Positions 1 through 13,290 of a stretch of DNA of 64,000 nucleotides are shown here, piece by piece (the first letter of the stretch is position 1; every line of letters begins with the position of its first letter). The DNA lies in contig JAHRHZ010000068.1 in the NCBI GenBank assembly GCA_024137785.1, positions 1,665,425 through 1,729,424 of the forward strand, read 5' to 3'. Below the pieces are notes generated by a model that saw nothing but the letters and a program-made list of their open reading frames with translations, searched no databases and had not been told where the DNA came from. This DNA is from Ginglymostoma cirratum. Its lineage: Eukaryota. A program made the translations under genes and the position numbers.

Positions 1-380
1 GACATTGAATGGAAAATACTGCTGTCTCATGCATTGTCATTTCTTCTGAATTTGATAAAAACATGTATAGGAAAAATAGATTGTATGTTACAGCATTTGA
101 AACTGTCTCAGTGGTTAACAATAAACCGTGTAAGCTTTACTTCTTGACTCTAGGAAAATGGCACATATGCATTCCTTTCCCATAAATTTCCGATGAAGAC
201 CAAAGTCTTAGTTCTTGATGAAATATGGTTGCTTGACAGGACTGCCATTATTGATACATTTGTAGCAGAATTGAATTCAATGGTTTTTTTTTTTTAGCCT
301 GGCCTTGGCAACACTTACAATTTATACTTCCTTTCTTTTAGATACAATATTGAATGTTCTCTTCTTTGTACTCACTATAG

Positions 381-514
381 AANNNNNNNNNNNNNNNNNN
401 NNNNNNNNNNNNNNNNNNNNNNNNNNNNNNNNNNNNNNNNNNNNNNNNNNNNNNNNNNNNNNNNNNNNNNNNNNNNNNNNNNNNNNNNNNNNNNNNNNNN
501 NNNNNNNNNNNNNN
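381..514 (+). CDS. FOXP1: Probable FOXP1 canonical forkhead exon 18a hidden in assembly gap
   Basis: A pyrimidine tract plus tag (ttcttctttgtactcactatag, ending 380) is followed by 'aa' and then 132 N. Canonical exon 18a starts with AAT (NAVRHNLSLHKC...), is about 122 nt and lies just upstream of 18b. Inference only; the sequence itself is missing. Confidence 0.5.
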
Positions 515-519
515 TGTTT

Positions 520-1150
520 GATTGCTTGAAACTCCTAGCATAGCTAGCTCCCATGTAGTTTAATCTACAGCTAATGGCTGCTTGCAGGTGATGGAGGGGA
601 GGGTGTCGCTTGGTTATATATTCTTGCTATCTAGGAAATGTGGGGCATGGAAAGCAAGTGCTTTGTCACAGGGTCCTTTCCCCTTGTTTTCCAGTCTGTG
701 TATGCCATGGTGCCCACCCTGTGTCCTTTCCATCTGCTTGCCTAGTGTTCTGCATCATATGCTTCTGCTTGCAGGCTACACATATTAACCCCACAAACCA
801 TTTGCTTATTTCATTTTTTTTTCTCCTTTCCCTTACCCAACCCTTGTGTGTGATTTTTGTTCTCTCCCAAATCCCGTTACCCTTGTTTGTCTTTTCCATC
901 GCATCTGCTTGACTGCTGCTATAATCCCAGGGTGCCATACGCACCAATTTGTCACTACATAAGTGCTTTATCAGAGTAGAGGATGAGTTTGGGTCCTTTT
1001 GGACTGTTGATGATGAAGAATTTAAACGTGGTCGCCACATTCAACGAGGCCGTCCTCGAAAATACTACCCTGATGAAAGCTTTGATGAACAGTTTGCACA
1101 GTAAGAGCTTTTGCTTGCTACTATTTTGCTTCTGCTTTGCATTGCATGGT
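520..1150 (+). promoter_or_regulatory. Splicing-regulatory region around exon 18b (YGCY cluster; UGCAUG)
   Basis: About 15 YGCY motifs (MBNL type) in 520-930, three of them at 906-920 next to the acceptor; four more at 1112-1136; TGCATG (RBFOX type) at 1143-1148. Confidence 0.55.
931..1100 (+). CDS. FOXP1: FOXP1 alternative forkhead exon (exon 18b / FOXP1-ES type)
   Basis: Acceptor cccag|GGT at 929-930 and donor CA|gtaag at 1101; 170 nt. Translates [56 protein letters not shown](H), which closely matches mammalian FOXP1 exon 18b as I recall it ([57 protein letters not shown]). Ends in phase 2 and joins in frame to the exon at 5293. Confidence 0.95.
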
Positions 1151-4100
1151 TACCATCTGTCAGATTGCCCTGAGTTAAATATGAATAACTGTTTCTGTAC
1201 TGTAGTGTATGTTGTTGCATTAAAGTTGATGATCCTGTTATTGACCAAGTTGCAGATTATTCAAAGTGCAATATTTCTGTAATTAAACCAAGCTCTATTT
1301 TAGAAAGTCTTTCCAGTAATTGGTTAAAGAGAAGGTTCAGGTTACATCATGAAATTTTCTTCCAAACTCAGCTTATTATTAGTACTGTTCCCCATTATTT
1401 ACACAGTCTGATCTCAAGGGTCTAAACGCACAAGAAGCAGTCCTTATGAGGAACTCTTAAGAATCCTAACAGCTGAGTTTTGGGATAGAAGGAATTTAGC
1501 CTTTGACTTTTATGGACAATGCAGAATAATCATCTGTGAATGACTTTTGAAAAATTGATCAGATTGGGGCTATGTAAATGAAGCAAGACATTAAATTATC
1601 ATACGATATCATGAGTGCAATTTACTTCACACATGTTTCAACAGGTTCCAAATACTCATCATGAAAAGTGCAGCACAATGCTTTCAATATTTGTATTATT
1701 CCACTTCAAATGTGAAAAGTAGCAACATATTATGCAGTGTCACTTTCACCCAGTGCAAGGGTTCAACAATGATATATTTCAAACATGGAACAAAGAAACA
1801 TAGCCTTTATCTCACCATAATGTATGATGTAAAAGAGAAATCAAACACTAAATTTACTAACTAGTCATGATTGAAATGCAACAATTCATCAAGTCTGTTG
1901 TTCACATGATCACATATCTCTTGCTGAATCTTTTAGATTTAGTTCACTTTGTTCATCAAGCAGATTTCCCACTACCATGCAGGCACATCCATTGATCTAC
2001 ACTTATACAAATATTCAACTGTTTTGCTAGGTGACGCCACAACTTCTTCCATTTGAACTGTAAGTTTTAAAGTAAATTCTGTACAAGTTCATTCATTTCA
2101 TTGCAATACACAGCAGATTATACACAGTGGAATTTGCAATCAAAGTTTTAACATACAGTGGATAGTAATGTATTTCAGCCATTTGCCATGCAGCAACATA
2201 TCATTCAATACATTTGTGCTTATTTTCAGAACAGCTGGTTGGGGGAAAAGAGAAAAATTATGGAAAGATAGAATCCTGGAATAATCCTGTATCAAAATAT
2301 TCAAGTCTTAATCAAATATACTCATTCAAATTGCTGCAGGACATAGTGATGCTTATTGTCAGATTCACAAGATTCTAGTCCAGCTATTGATGGAGTTGTT
2401 TAAGATAGTGGAGGACTTCACTTTGGGGGAAGCCCAACTGTTAACGGTAGAACTACCATTATATGTCTGTAAGATTCCTCATCACACTCCCTGCTGGGTG
2501 AGTAAGTCGCCATGTGGTCACAGTAGCAGAAAACCTAAATAAAGATGGTGGGGGGAGCGTGCGATCTAGGACATGGTATAAATAGATGGTGACTAAAGAA
2601 TAAATTCTTATTTGACAAGGTGATTAGAATAAAATGATAACATGAACCTTTTCTTTAATACTTTAAAATCTTTGTGATGTACAACCAGTCCATTCTAAAC
2701 AGTGAAAAAATACTCTGCCTCAGTACGTATTTCAACTATGAACATAAAAATGTTTTGTGTCCAGGCAAATACAAATGAGGCTGTTGTGGTAAGCTAATTG
2801 TTTCAGACTTGTAGAAAGTTGTCTTATTATCCCATCACTTTTTTATCTGTATTTTTTTAAACTCTATTACTGGCTCAGTAGTAAATGCACTGCATGATAC
2901 ACCAATCAGACAAAGAAGTCGCTTGAATCAGCTGCTTAGTCTCTGTATTGCAACTGATAATTAGGAATTGTTCTGCATACCCAATGCTGCTCAGTTTACA
3001 GTATAGGTAATTGGAGGCATGTTTATGAACATTATTACTCTAGATTAGAGTCATTCTTCCATCCCATGCTTCTGCTACATCTCAGGACCCTCTCCTCCCA
3101 ATGTATTTTGAGACTTCAGGACTCCCTCTACTTTTAAACACCACAATGACTTCAGTCCTGTAAAATATCAGCATCTCCAACAAAATGCTTCCATGCTGTA
3201 CTTATTTACACAAGCTTGAGCTATATCCATTATTACCTAAACCCAGGAATTTCCTGTGTTTGTCCTGACAACTCCCTAAATCCAATGCAATCCACCACTG
3301 TATTGCCATTAGATGCCTGATAGATACATGCAATCTGCAATATCAGATAAAATATTATAACTTCTAAGGAATGAAGACCATTTCTAGGTACTAACACAAG
3401 TCAGTCCTCCAGTGCAGTATTCCACTAGGTGATAATCTAACCAGTTGCTTTTATGTGTGCATCCTAATGAAGGATTTTGTGCAGATATTTGAGCCTGTAG
3501 GCCCAAACCTCGGGCTTCCAGATAACAGCAGTTGGCAGCCCTGCCAGGAGATGAGGATACTGCTCCAATCAGAAGGAGAGCTTGAGTGCACCTCAAAATG
3601 AAGCTGTTCTTAGAAATATCAATGCAACTCCAAAAATAGGGACCCAATGCTGTAAAGACTTTGCAGTGGAGGGATAACCTCTCTGCCAAATTTATTTTGT
3701 TCGTGCCTGTAGGATTTCCTCTGCACAGCCCCTGTTGTTGAATTGCGGAGCCTGCAATTGCAACATCCTCGCAACCTCTTTCTGGGAGGTGCCTTCAAGG
3801 AGCTCAATCAGCAGGCTGGCAACTCGGCAACACCAATGGCTGAGTGCTGGACTGCAGCTGCCTGTTGAGGACACATTGCTGGCTGTCACTTGAAGACAGA
3901 TAAATGATAAAATGGAATTGCTGACAGCTCTCAGAGTCAGTGATGTGGAGCAGCCCCTGATCCCAGATGGCTCCTCTTTGGGGTGCAGAGTGCTCAAAAA
4001 GGAGTCTACTGATCATGAAAGTGGCTCAATTGGGCTCTGGGTAGATGGCAGACCTACCGACTTTCCAACATTAGCAAAATGGAACTGGGTAGGAAGGTGT

Positions 4101-5292
4101 TGAGCATGCTACCTGATGTCTTCTACACTACTTTATCACTCTTTTTGCCATCACCTCATGCACAAAGGACTGAGAATATCCAGTTGAAGATATTCTGTGA
4201 TATAAATTATCTGAAATAAAGAAAAATCAGCATTTTTCCTAACTGATCATGAGCAATGTCATGGAAGGTTCGTTTGTGTATTGTGGAAGTATATATTTCA
4301 GATTTATATCGGCAAAAATTCCTCCAAGCCAGTCAGTTTTTTTTTGATCATAGCATCTTAGTAAACCTCCAACAAAGCAATCATGATAGATAGGATAAAT
4401 GTAAATTAGCCTGCCCCATCCCACACAATCTTAATTTTTAACATCCCAATTCTTGCATTTATCTACTATTCATATTACATTTATTTTCTGCCAGTCATCT
4501 TACAAAATGTCACCTACTTAATATCTGCATCTTGCAGTATTCTTTCTCATTCTCTGTATAACCATTCCCATTTCACTTTTATAAGTCTGGTTAATCTAAT
4601 GCTCAATCTTATTTATTTGTTTGCCAAAAGGCCAAGATAATAGTTGGGCTTCAGCATGTATCCATTGCACTCAAAAAATGTGTCCAGCAGCTTTATACTC
4701 TGAGCCATGAAAACTAATACTCATCAACTCCAAACTTTTTTTGAATAGTTGCAAAATCTAGAAACTGAACATTGTTTCTGTGAGTCATATCTTTGAACAA
4801 TATCAGCAAGAATTCTTGCTAACATTACATATGCAGCCACTTTTACTTTGAATTGTATGCATTTGGATAGAATGCCACTTTACTTCTGGCACATTACTTT
4901 GAATCAAATTATATAGGGATTAAATAGGATTATGTTTTTGTCCTCTGTCTACATCAAAGATCTACAGAGACAAATCCATTTGCTGAATGATATCCAAATA
5001 AGTTAATAAATAAATATAGTTTGCAGTTTAGTTTAAAAAGCTATTTAAAAGCTTTTTTTATAAATTGTGCTTTAAATGGAACCACAACCATTACTGTAAC
5101 TTTAAATTCAAATTAATTGGCTAAAAGATCGGCAGTGTCAGTTAAAGAGCTTCTTTCAATTTTGAGACCATTATAGAAGTATTTTTTCTCTGTTAGAAGA
5201 ATGGAACTTAATACACTAATACCTACAGTACATCAGTTACTTATTCAAAATGGATTGTGAATGTTACTAATCTTTTGTTTCCTTATACACAG

Positions 5293-5362
5293 CAACCCTT
5301 CTATTATAAAAAATATACAGACCAGCCTTGCATATGGATCACCACTTAATGCTGCTTTACAG
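5293..5362 (+). CDS. FOXP1: FOXP1 coding exon following the forkhead domain
   Basis: acag|C acceptor and CAG|gtaag donor; 70 nt; (H)NPSIIKNIQTSLAYGSPLNAALQ, similar to FOXP1 [23 protein letters not shown]. Confidence 0.93.
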
Positions 5363-7514
5363 GTAAGATCAACAAATGCCTCCAGTCTGTAAAGTCCACA
5401 GTACCCATAGCCTTTGCTCCACATTGAGTCTTTCACTAATTAGATATTAAAATTTAATTTCTTTAAAACTTTTTAAGTGTATAAAGCAATAAGCCTAAGG
5501 GCAAATGTGTTGTAACCCACTAGAGAATTAGCTGGTTGTTTCACGTTTTGAATATTGTGGCAAAAATTAAAAGTTCACTTATTAATATTTATCAGTGGTA
5601 TCATAATTTCCACCATCTTATTTCAGAAATTTGCTAGAGGGAAAAGAACCATAAGTGTAATTACTCTAGCACAACTATTAATGACTCAGTGATGGGATAC
5701 AGTGTCACATGACCCCCTATTGTTACTAGTGCTGTGGAGGAAACACGAAGGCAGCTTGATTTCTGCTCAGTCTCTGTTATCATTAACATAGTTTGTGTTT
5801 TCTAAAGTCACAAATTTTATTTATATGGGAATTTTGGCACATGTATCTTTTTCTTCCACTGGTGTGATTGATTCAGCCACTTTTGGCTACAGGTAACGTA
5901 TATTCTCCACAGTAGTGTCCCGTGATTGTTTGTGACATGAGGTGCAATTGCAGTAGGGACAGCTCATGTCCTGCTACATATTCCTTCCTCTGTATTGGAA
6001 CACGTCACCATTGTACAACATGGTTAAATGCTGACAGCCCACCTGAAGCAAGTGATATAGGAAAACAAGCAAGGGAGCATTTCAAGTGGTAACTTTTTCT
6101 TGCAATTTAAGGGGATTAGCCAAACTGCTAATAATTAGGATTTGTAAAGAATACTTTATTATTGCACTGTTTTCTAAGCGTTAAGATCTTGCAACACTCA
6201 CAACTGCAGTGGGGCCAAGAATGAGTCGAGGCTCGAGTAGATCTGACTAGCTCTCAGTCTGGAGTGCTGATGCATTAATGCCCTTAGCCTTGGAATCTGT
6301 AATCTGTACAGCCCAAAAAACAATCCCCTGTTTGCTTACACATTTTGTCCTGTGTTGCGCAGCATACAGATCCACAGCATTCTTTCCCACTGGCAGACAT
6401 GAGAAAAGCCGCATGGTTGTGTGACTCATCTGTAGGGTCTCCAACTAAACTTTTGAGAATCCAACACTGCTGCTGCCCCTAAACACATGTTATAGTCAGT
6501 AAAATACATTCATTTTGGGTAAGCAGCACTTTTGTCTACAAATGCCATCAGCGATGTACGTAATGATTCTTTTGGTGTTTTGATTACCGAAGCATGTGTT
6601 GACCTCTAACACTAGAAAAATGAGAAAAAATGTTAATAGGTGCCTTGAAGAACAATAGTAAATACCTTTTGCTGTCAGCTTGCAATCTCTGGAGACACAT
6701 GAAACAGCTTTAAAGCTTGTTTTATCTTGCAGAAGATATTAAAAATTGTAAGCAGTTTTGTAGCTTTTTATATATATGAGCTGTAGAGGCATAAAATAAA
6801 GCTGCAGCAATCACCAACCTCCATGCATATCATCTTAGTATTTAACCCATGGATAATCATAGCATTTAACATATTTAACTACATTGCCAAAGTGCAAATA
6901 TATTTACAATTGGGTGCTGTCCCACTGAAGCAAATAATACAATGGTTATGTGGTTTAAAACATTCAATAAAATGTGCATGTTCAATAGGCATACAATTGG
7001 AAACTATTGAAAAAGAAAACATTCAGTAATAAAATTGGGCTGGTGACCATGAAGTACCACATTGAAATCTGATCTAGATTTTCCAAAAAGCGATATGTCG
7101 TGTTTCAAATCAACGTTTACATTCACGATAAGTTCCTGATTTCTGCCTTTTCATATTGGCTAGCATGTATCTTCCTGGCAGTCAAATTCAGTTCAAGATG
7201 AGACATTTCTAGAATTGGTCCTTAAATGTTTATAATCTATTATTGTAAATCAATGATAGGTCAGTGAAAAAGACAAATTTATCTTCATAGAGACACAAAA
7301 GAAAATGCAACCCTGATTCCATTCCCTGAGGACAGAGAGTTCAAACCTTCATACCAAATGGTTGATGGTAATGAAAGGAAAGGAAGGACTTGTATCCAAA
7401 AAGAAGCTTGCTTCAGCATTTTGTCAGTTTGTACTAAAACCATGATATGGAGAATGTGCAGCTGATAGGGTTAGGGGATCAATCAGAATATTGACGTCTG
7501 AGTACGATGACATT

Positions 7515-8665
7515 TAGAGTCAGATATATATAGCACGGAAACAGACCCTTTGTTCTCACTCATCCATGCTGACCAGATATCCTAAATTAATCTAGCCCCA
7601 TTTTCCAGCATTTGCCACATATCCCTCTAAACCTTTCCTATTCATATACCCATCCAGCTGCCTTTTAAATGTTGTAATTGTACCAGCCTCCTCCACCACC
7701 TCATTCCATACATGCACCACCCTCTGTGTGAAAAATGTTGCCATTTAGGTCCCTTTTAAATCTTTCCCCTCTCACCTTAAACCTATGCCCTCTAGTTTCG
7801 GACTGTACCACCCCAGGGAAAAGACCTGGTCTATTCACCCTATCAATGCCACCCATGATTTTATGAACCTCCATAAAGTCACCCCTCAGCCTCTGATGCT
7901 CCAGGCAAAATAGCCCCAGTCTATTCAGCCTCTCCCTATAGCTCAAACCCTCCAATCCTGGCAACATACTTGTAAATTTTTTTTTTTTTTTTTTTTTTTT
8001 TTGAACCGTTTTCAAGTTTCACAACATCCTTCCTATACCAGGGAGACCAGAATTGCACGCAATATTTCAAAATTGGCCTAACCAATGTCCTGTACAGCCA
8101 TAACATACCTCCGACTCCTATACTCAATGCTTTGACCAATAAAGGCAAGCATACCAAACACCACCTTCACTATCCTATCCATCTGCAACCCCACTTTCAA
8201 GGAACTACGAACCTACACTCCAAGGTCTCTTTATTCAGCAAACTCCCCAGGACCTTACCACTAAGCATATAAGTCCTGCCCTGATTTGCCTTTCCAAAAT
8301 GCACAGCTCACATTTATCTAAATTAAACTCCATCGGCGACTCTTAAGCCCACTGGCCCATCTGATTAAGATTCTGATGTACTCTGAGGTACCCTTCTTCA
8401 CTGTCCACTAACCTCCAATTTTGGTGTCGTCTGCAAACTTGCTAACCATACCTCCTATGTTCACATCCAAACCATTTATATAAACAACGAAAAGCAGTGG
8501 ACCCAGCACCGATCCTTGTGGCACACCACTGGTCATAGGTCTCCAGTCTGAAAAGCAACTCTCCACCACCACTCTCTGTCTTCTACCTTTGAACCAGTTC
8601 TGTATCCAAGTAGCTAGTTCTCCCTGTATTCCGTGTGATTTAACCTTGTTTACCAGTCTACCATG
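7515..8665 (-). mobile_element. CR1-clade LINE, 5'-truncated 3' fragment
   Basis: Minus-strand ORF pieces LYRTLVRPILKYCVQFWSP and LPGLEGLSYRERLNRLGLF..RLRGD..TRGHRFK, typical of the CR1 ORF2 C-terminus; 3' tail at about 7515; internal poly-T expansion near 7980-8002. Confidence 0.9.
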
Positions 8666-8754
8666 ATTTGCTGTGGGTTACATAACACTTGCATTTTATG
8701 CAAGTACATTCAAAATAAAGTGTGAACATTAATTAGGATGACACTAAAGTGAAA

Positions 8755-8855
8755 TAATGCAGATGCTGAACATCTGAAATCAAAGTAGAAAGGTGTTGGA
8801 AATACACAACTGGTCTGACAGTGTCAGCAGAGAGGGAAAGAGAGTTAACATTACC
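8755..8855 (-). repeat. Old Penelope-tail-like short repeat relic
   Basis: tgcagatgctg...gaaatacacaac.ggtctgacag...agagagggaaagagagttaacatt resembles the reverse complement of the tail relics at 59.5 kb and 63.8 kb. Confidence 0.45.
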
Positions 8856-11423
8856 TTTTATTGAGCAGAACCAGAGCAGTTAAGGGTTATTTATAAGGGT
8901 TATTCTGACTCTCATGTTGGCACTGACTCGTAAGAGTTGCAATCAAAACCCAAGAAATAGAAAGTTGAAAAGTGTTAGTTGATGAATTTTTGCCAGGAAT
9001 TTATTTAGTTCTTCTACTAGAATTAGCGCAAATGATGGAGAGAGCCCCTTGAGAAATTCATCTCATACAGTTTAGTTGGAGCTAAGTTTCCAAGTTATGA
9101 TTTGCCGATGCCAACCTTGATTTATAAAAGACTAAAGGTTATAGGAAGCGTAAAATATTGAGTTTCCAGTCTTGAGGACTGAAAAGAAATTACGTGAAAT
9201 GTACTGTGCTCTGAACCTTGACCTTAGTAGGGTTGTAGACCACGTAGGTGTGTGTGACATGCATGTCAATGTTTAAAGAAAAGCAATGGCTTGACATTTC
9301 TTACAGACATGGTTAGTTTATTCTACTATTCTACACAATCTATTACAGTAATAAGATGCAGACAATAACCTTAAAACTGCTTGTTGTGTTTTCGGCAGAA
9401 ACACACTGGTAACTTGAAGCTACAAATTTTTGGCAAGTGAAGGCTGGGTTGGACCAAGGCGTACTGTTTTGTTCAGTTCGGTCGAAGGAACCAGTTGCTT
9501 AGTTGTCTTTAAACATCATGATACAGGACCATAACGAAAGGATGTAGCCATTCGATTTACAGCAAAGTCTGTCATCTCTGTTATAGACTTTCCATAATCA
9601 TATTTTGCAAATGTTTATGCCATTAAATCTCAAAAATCAGTCTCTAAATTCCTTGTTTGTGTTTGCCAGTCAAGTTTGTTTGAGGTAAGATATATATTTT
9701 TGAAGTAATTTCTCTGCAATTTTCCATGGAGACATTGATTCATATGTGACACATTTCCAGATCTATAGGTTACTGGCTAGTTCCTAACCTCACTCTTTAA
9801 CAGTGAAGACATTCAGCAAGTTCCAACAGGCTATTCGAACATAATGGGCAGCTCCCCTGTGAAAATTAATATTTTATTTTGCTGTGGGCTTTTACTTCTG
9901 ATTTGTAATTCTAACAAAAATGTAGATAATCAAAATTATTAGCGAACTACTAATCCAAAAATAGATTTACAAAACTTTATGAAATTTAAGAGGAAAGTTA
10001 AATTATTACTCATTAAAGCCAGATTAATGCCTATTGATGAAAAATCCATACATTTGGACAATGTGGAAAATATTTTTAGCAGGCATTACTGTCTAGGCCT
10101 GATTTCAAAATACTGTCTTCAAGAGCAGGACAGAGTTTTTGACCTGCACACAAGCAGCTGCCATTGCTGAGTATCTCCTGGTAGATTAGTACTACGCATG
10201 GAGAGAAAAGGAGGTGCAGCAATCAGCTGCACAGGCATGACAACAAACTGATCACTGTTGAAATTAGGTTCAGTTGGGAGACTAGCTGAGATTTGCTAAC
10301 TGACTGAAGAAGACTTTCCACAAGCCTCTTTTAAGAACTTATACAGGATATCTCACCCATCTGCCGCTTTACCAGGCACTTCATTAGAGCAGTAACTTAA
10401 GCCCTGTACTGGTGCATGGCTATTTTAGTAAACTTAAGTATCACAGGCACAGTTAGTCAATATGTTATGAATTAGGACCTTTGCAAAGTGAAGAATGTCA
10501 TTGATTGTGTACAGGCATTTTTGTATCCATTCTGTCACATGCCTAAATAGGAAAGACTTTTACCTATTTCCAAAAAATACACAACCCACATAAGAAAATA
10601 ACTTAATGCCTGGTGCTTTTAAAATATACCTGGTATTTTCATTCTTGAGACTGTAAAGCATCCAGAGCACTTTAAAGAAAGACATTTAACATTATGGCAT
10701 ACACTTATACTGCTGCACAACTCTCACAGCAGAACATATATGTTGACACAAATAGATAAACCAGGGATCACCAGTTTTGCAAAATACAGTAGTAGAATAT
10801 AGACTGACAGTGGTAATTTTCATAGCAGATAATAATGCTATTACTAAATGCCTCACAAAGAACTAATTGAATAAATTTGAGCACAACAAAGATTATGGCT
10901 CAAACAGCAATCAGCCAAACTTCCATTCTAATTAGGGACATAGTTGTGTCAAGTTCTGCTTACACAGTTCCTCCAGTAAGCTTTTTGCAGTGAGACTGTA
11001 TATGTTGTCGTTGAATCTCTGCATTCCTATGCAGTCACAATACTTTTGTAACTGTTGCATGGAGCTATTAATGCAGCCTTTGGTTTGCTTTTGAACAGTT
11101 GACTTATTTTCTGCATGGTAGAAGATAATTATCTGCAAGATCTAAAGAGTGAATTTACTTATCTTTAGTATTGTGTTTAATGAATTTTACTTGTGTTTTG
11201 TGTTGGTTATTGATGTGGCCTCTTATCATGTGTCTCTGGTTAAATGAATAACACTGTTAGGTAACTGCATGGCCAGATGACCATCTTTAAGAGACACCTA
11301 AGGTTTGTTACCTGTACCTTTAATTAACACAAATCTGTATCAGTCTCCTTTGCTGGAATCACTATTAACTCTTATTTTCTGACTTGGCACCTGTGTGATA
11401 GCCTTGAGGTTACATCCCTACCA

Positions 11424-11530
11424 GGGATAGGTAGGAATGTGGAATCGAGGCCATAATCAGATCAGTCATGATCTTATTAAATGGTAGGGTGGGCTTACAG
11501 GGCCAAATGGTTCAGCTCTGATTTCTTTTA
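11424..11530 (+). repeat. CR1 3'UTR relic
   Basis: gaggccataatcagatcagtcatgatcttattaaatggt..gggccaaatgg is similar to the CR1 3' end at 54480-54560. Confidence 0.55.
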
Positions 11531-13124
11531 TAACTGCTGGAGACCAACTGTGTTGTCACTGAATCCATTCTTCACAGTGATCTGTAATCCATGATCCATT
11601 TGAATTTACATTATGGTTCTGAGAAACAATCACAGCTGAAGCTTCATAACAATTGGCACAAAATTGTTTGAGAGACCCCCTATGTGTCAGGCTGTATTAC
11701 TGAAGTTAGTGTATCGGGTGCTCAGCAGCAGATGGCTATATAAATAGTCCAAAAAATTTGTCTTCATAAAAACGACAGAGATAATATGGACAATTTACAT
11801 ACCTCCTTCATTAAAAAGCAGGCCTATTAAACACCATTGAGTTAATTTTTGACTTGGGCTTTCCCAGTGTTCACCCTGTCCACTGGCAGTCATTTTTTGT
11901 GGGGACATCGTTTGGAAATTGTGAACTTTACATTTCTTCACATACACTGGTACTAAGTCAACTTCTGTAACCTGAGTGTAGAAGCAAAAATTATTCTTCC
12001 CAAATATTCATGAAAGATCATCAAAAGAAAGTTGCCATGAATAACAAAGTAAGGGAACATGTCAATTTTTTCACCAATATTAACAAACCAAGGAAAATAC
12101 ATTTCTACGAAGAGAGAAATTCATGCTAATTTGAGCAGTGTATTCTTAATTCATGTTTTTTTTAACTTGTTACATACAGTCTGTATATATTGACACATTG
12201 ATATAATTTACATGGTATATCGGAGACATTGTGACAAGTATTAGGTGTCGACAGCCAAATATGTAGCCTCACAAAGTAAATCTGCTTTTCCTTCCTTCTG
12301 TTTAGTGAGAGTATTTTTTGTTGATAGACATCACTATGTTTTATAGTCTGTGCTTGACAGTCTCTTGTAAGTTTTGCTTTTGATAGACAAGCAGTGTAAA
12401 TTCAGATAATAGGGTGATTTGTCCTCTTGGAGTTTCTTCCTGTAGGATATTTGCTTGCCATACTGTTTTATATTATGTGATTTACATAAGCCTGTGATTT
12501 GCATTTGTAAAATCTTTCTTGCTACATCCCTGTGAACATTTCAATATATTTCTTGCATATGACGTTTATAAAGTTCTACTCTTATTTCCATATGTACGTT
12601 GTGTTGATGCTTCACAGCAATAATCATGTCTTATGCTGATTTTTTTTTTTAGCTTGTGCAGATTTGCTGTCAGGTGCTCAAAGTGTTTTGTATAAACGCT
12701 GTGTTCTCTGCATTGTCATATTCTGTACCACATTTGGGACTGTCCTACTATATCTTAGAAGGCTGTGTTAAATACCTATTGTTTGGTTTACAAGTTCATG
12801 TTGACCATCATAGGGGAAGAAGAATTTTAAAGTGTGCACTAAGCAATGTTGTAACGATATTGTGCATGAAGTGATCAACTGTTCTGGATTTTCTATAATT
12901 CATTCTATAATTTGCTGCTACATCCTGTGTCCTGGGACATGCTTGTCCTGAATTCTGTCAGTTGAGATGGGCTTTGATTGTGTTCCAGCTGTTGTCCAGG
13001 AGGAAGTTTCAGCATGTAACCATCAGTACCAGGTTAGGCAACACAGGTATCAAAGTCAGGCGAGTAGTCAAGGAGAGACTACACACCCTCACCAGCAACC
13101 CCATAACCAACTATACTTTCTATA

Positions 13125-13290
13125 TATACATGAACTTACGAATTAGGTCATTTGGCTCCTTGAGCCTGCTCCATGGATGGAATGTGCAAGGTCGTGACTG
13201 ACTGTAACCTAAGCTCCACATTCCTACGTACCCTCACTATTCTTTCAACCCTTGTTTACCAAGAATCTATCCACCTCTGCCTCAAATAAA
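13125..13290 (-). repeat. CR1 3'UTR relic
   Basis: aggtcatttggctccttgagcctgctcc...aagaatctatccacctctgcct resembles the reverse complement of the CR1 3' end at 54.4-54.56 kb. Confidence 0.5.

Noticed and set aside
666-1282. ORFs 666-1040 (-) and 983-1282 (+) overlapping exon 18b
   Set aside because: Wrong strand or frame relative to the forkhead-coding frame starting at 931; no recognisable protein.
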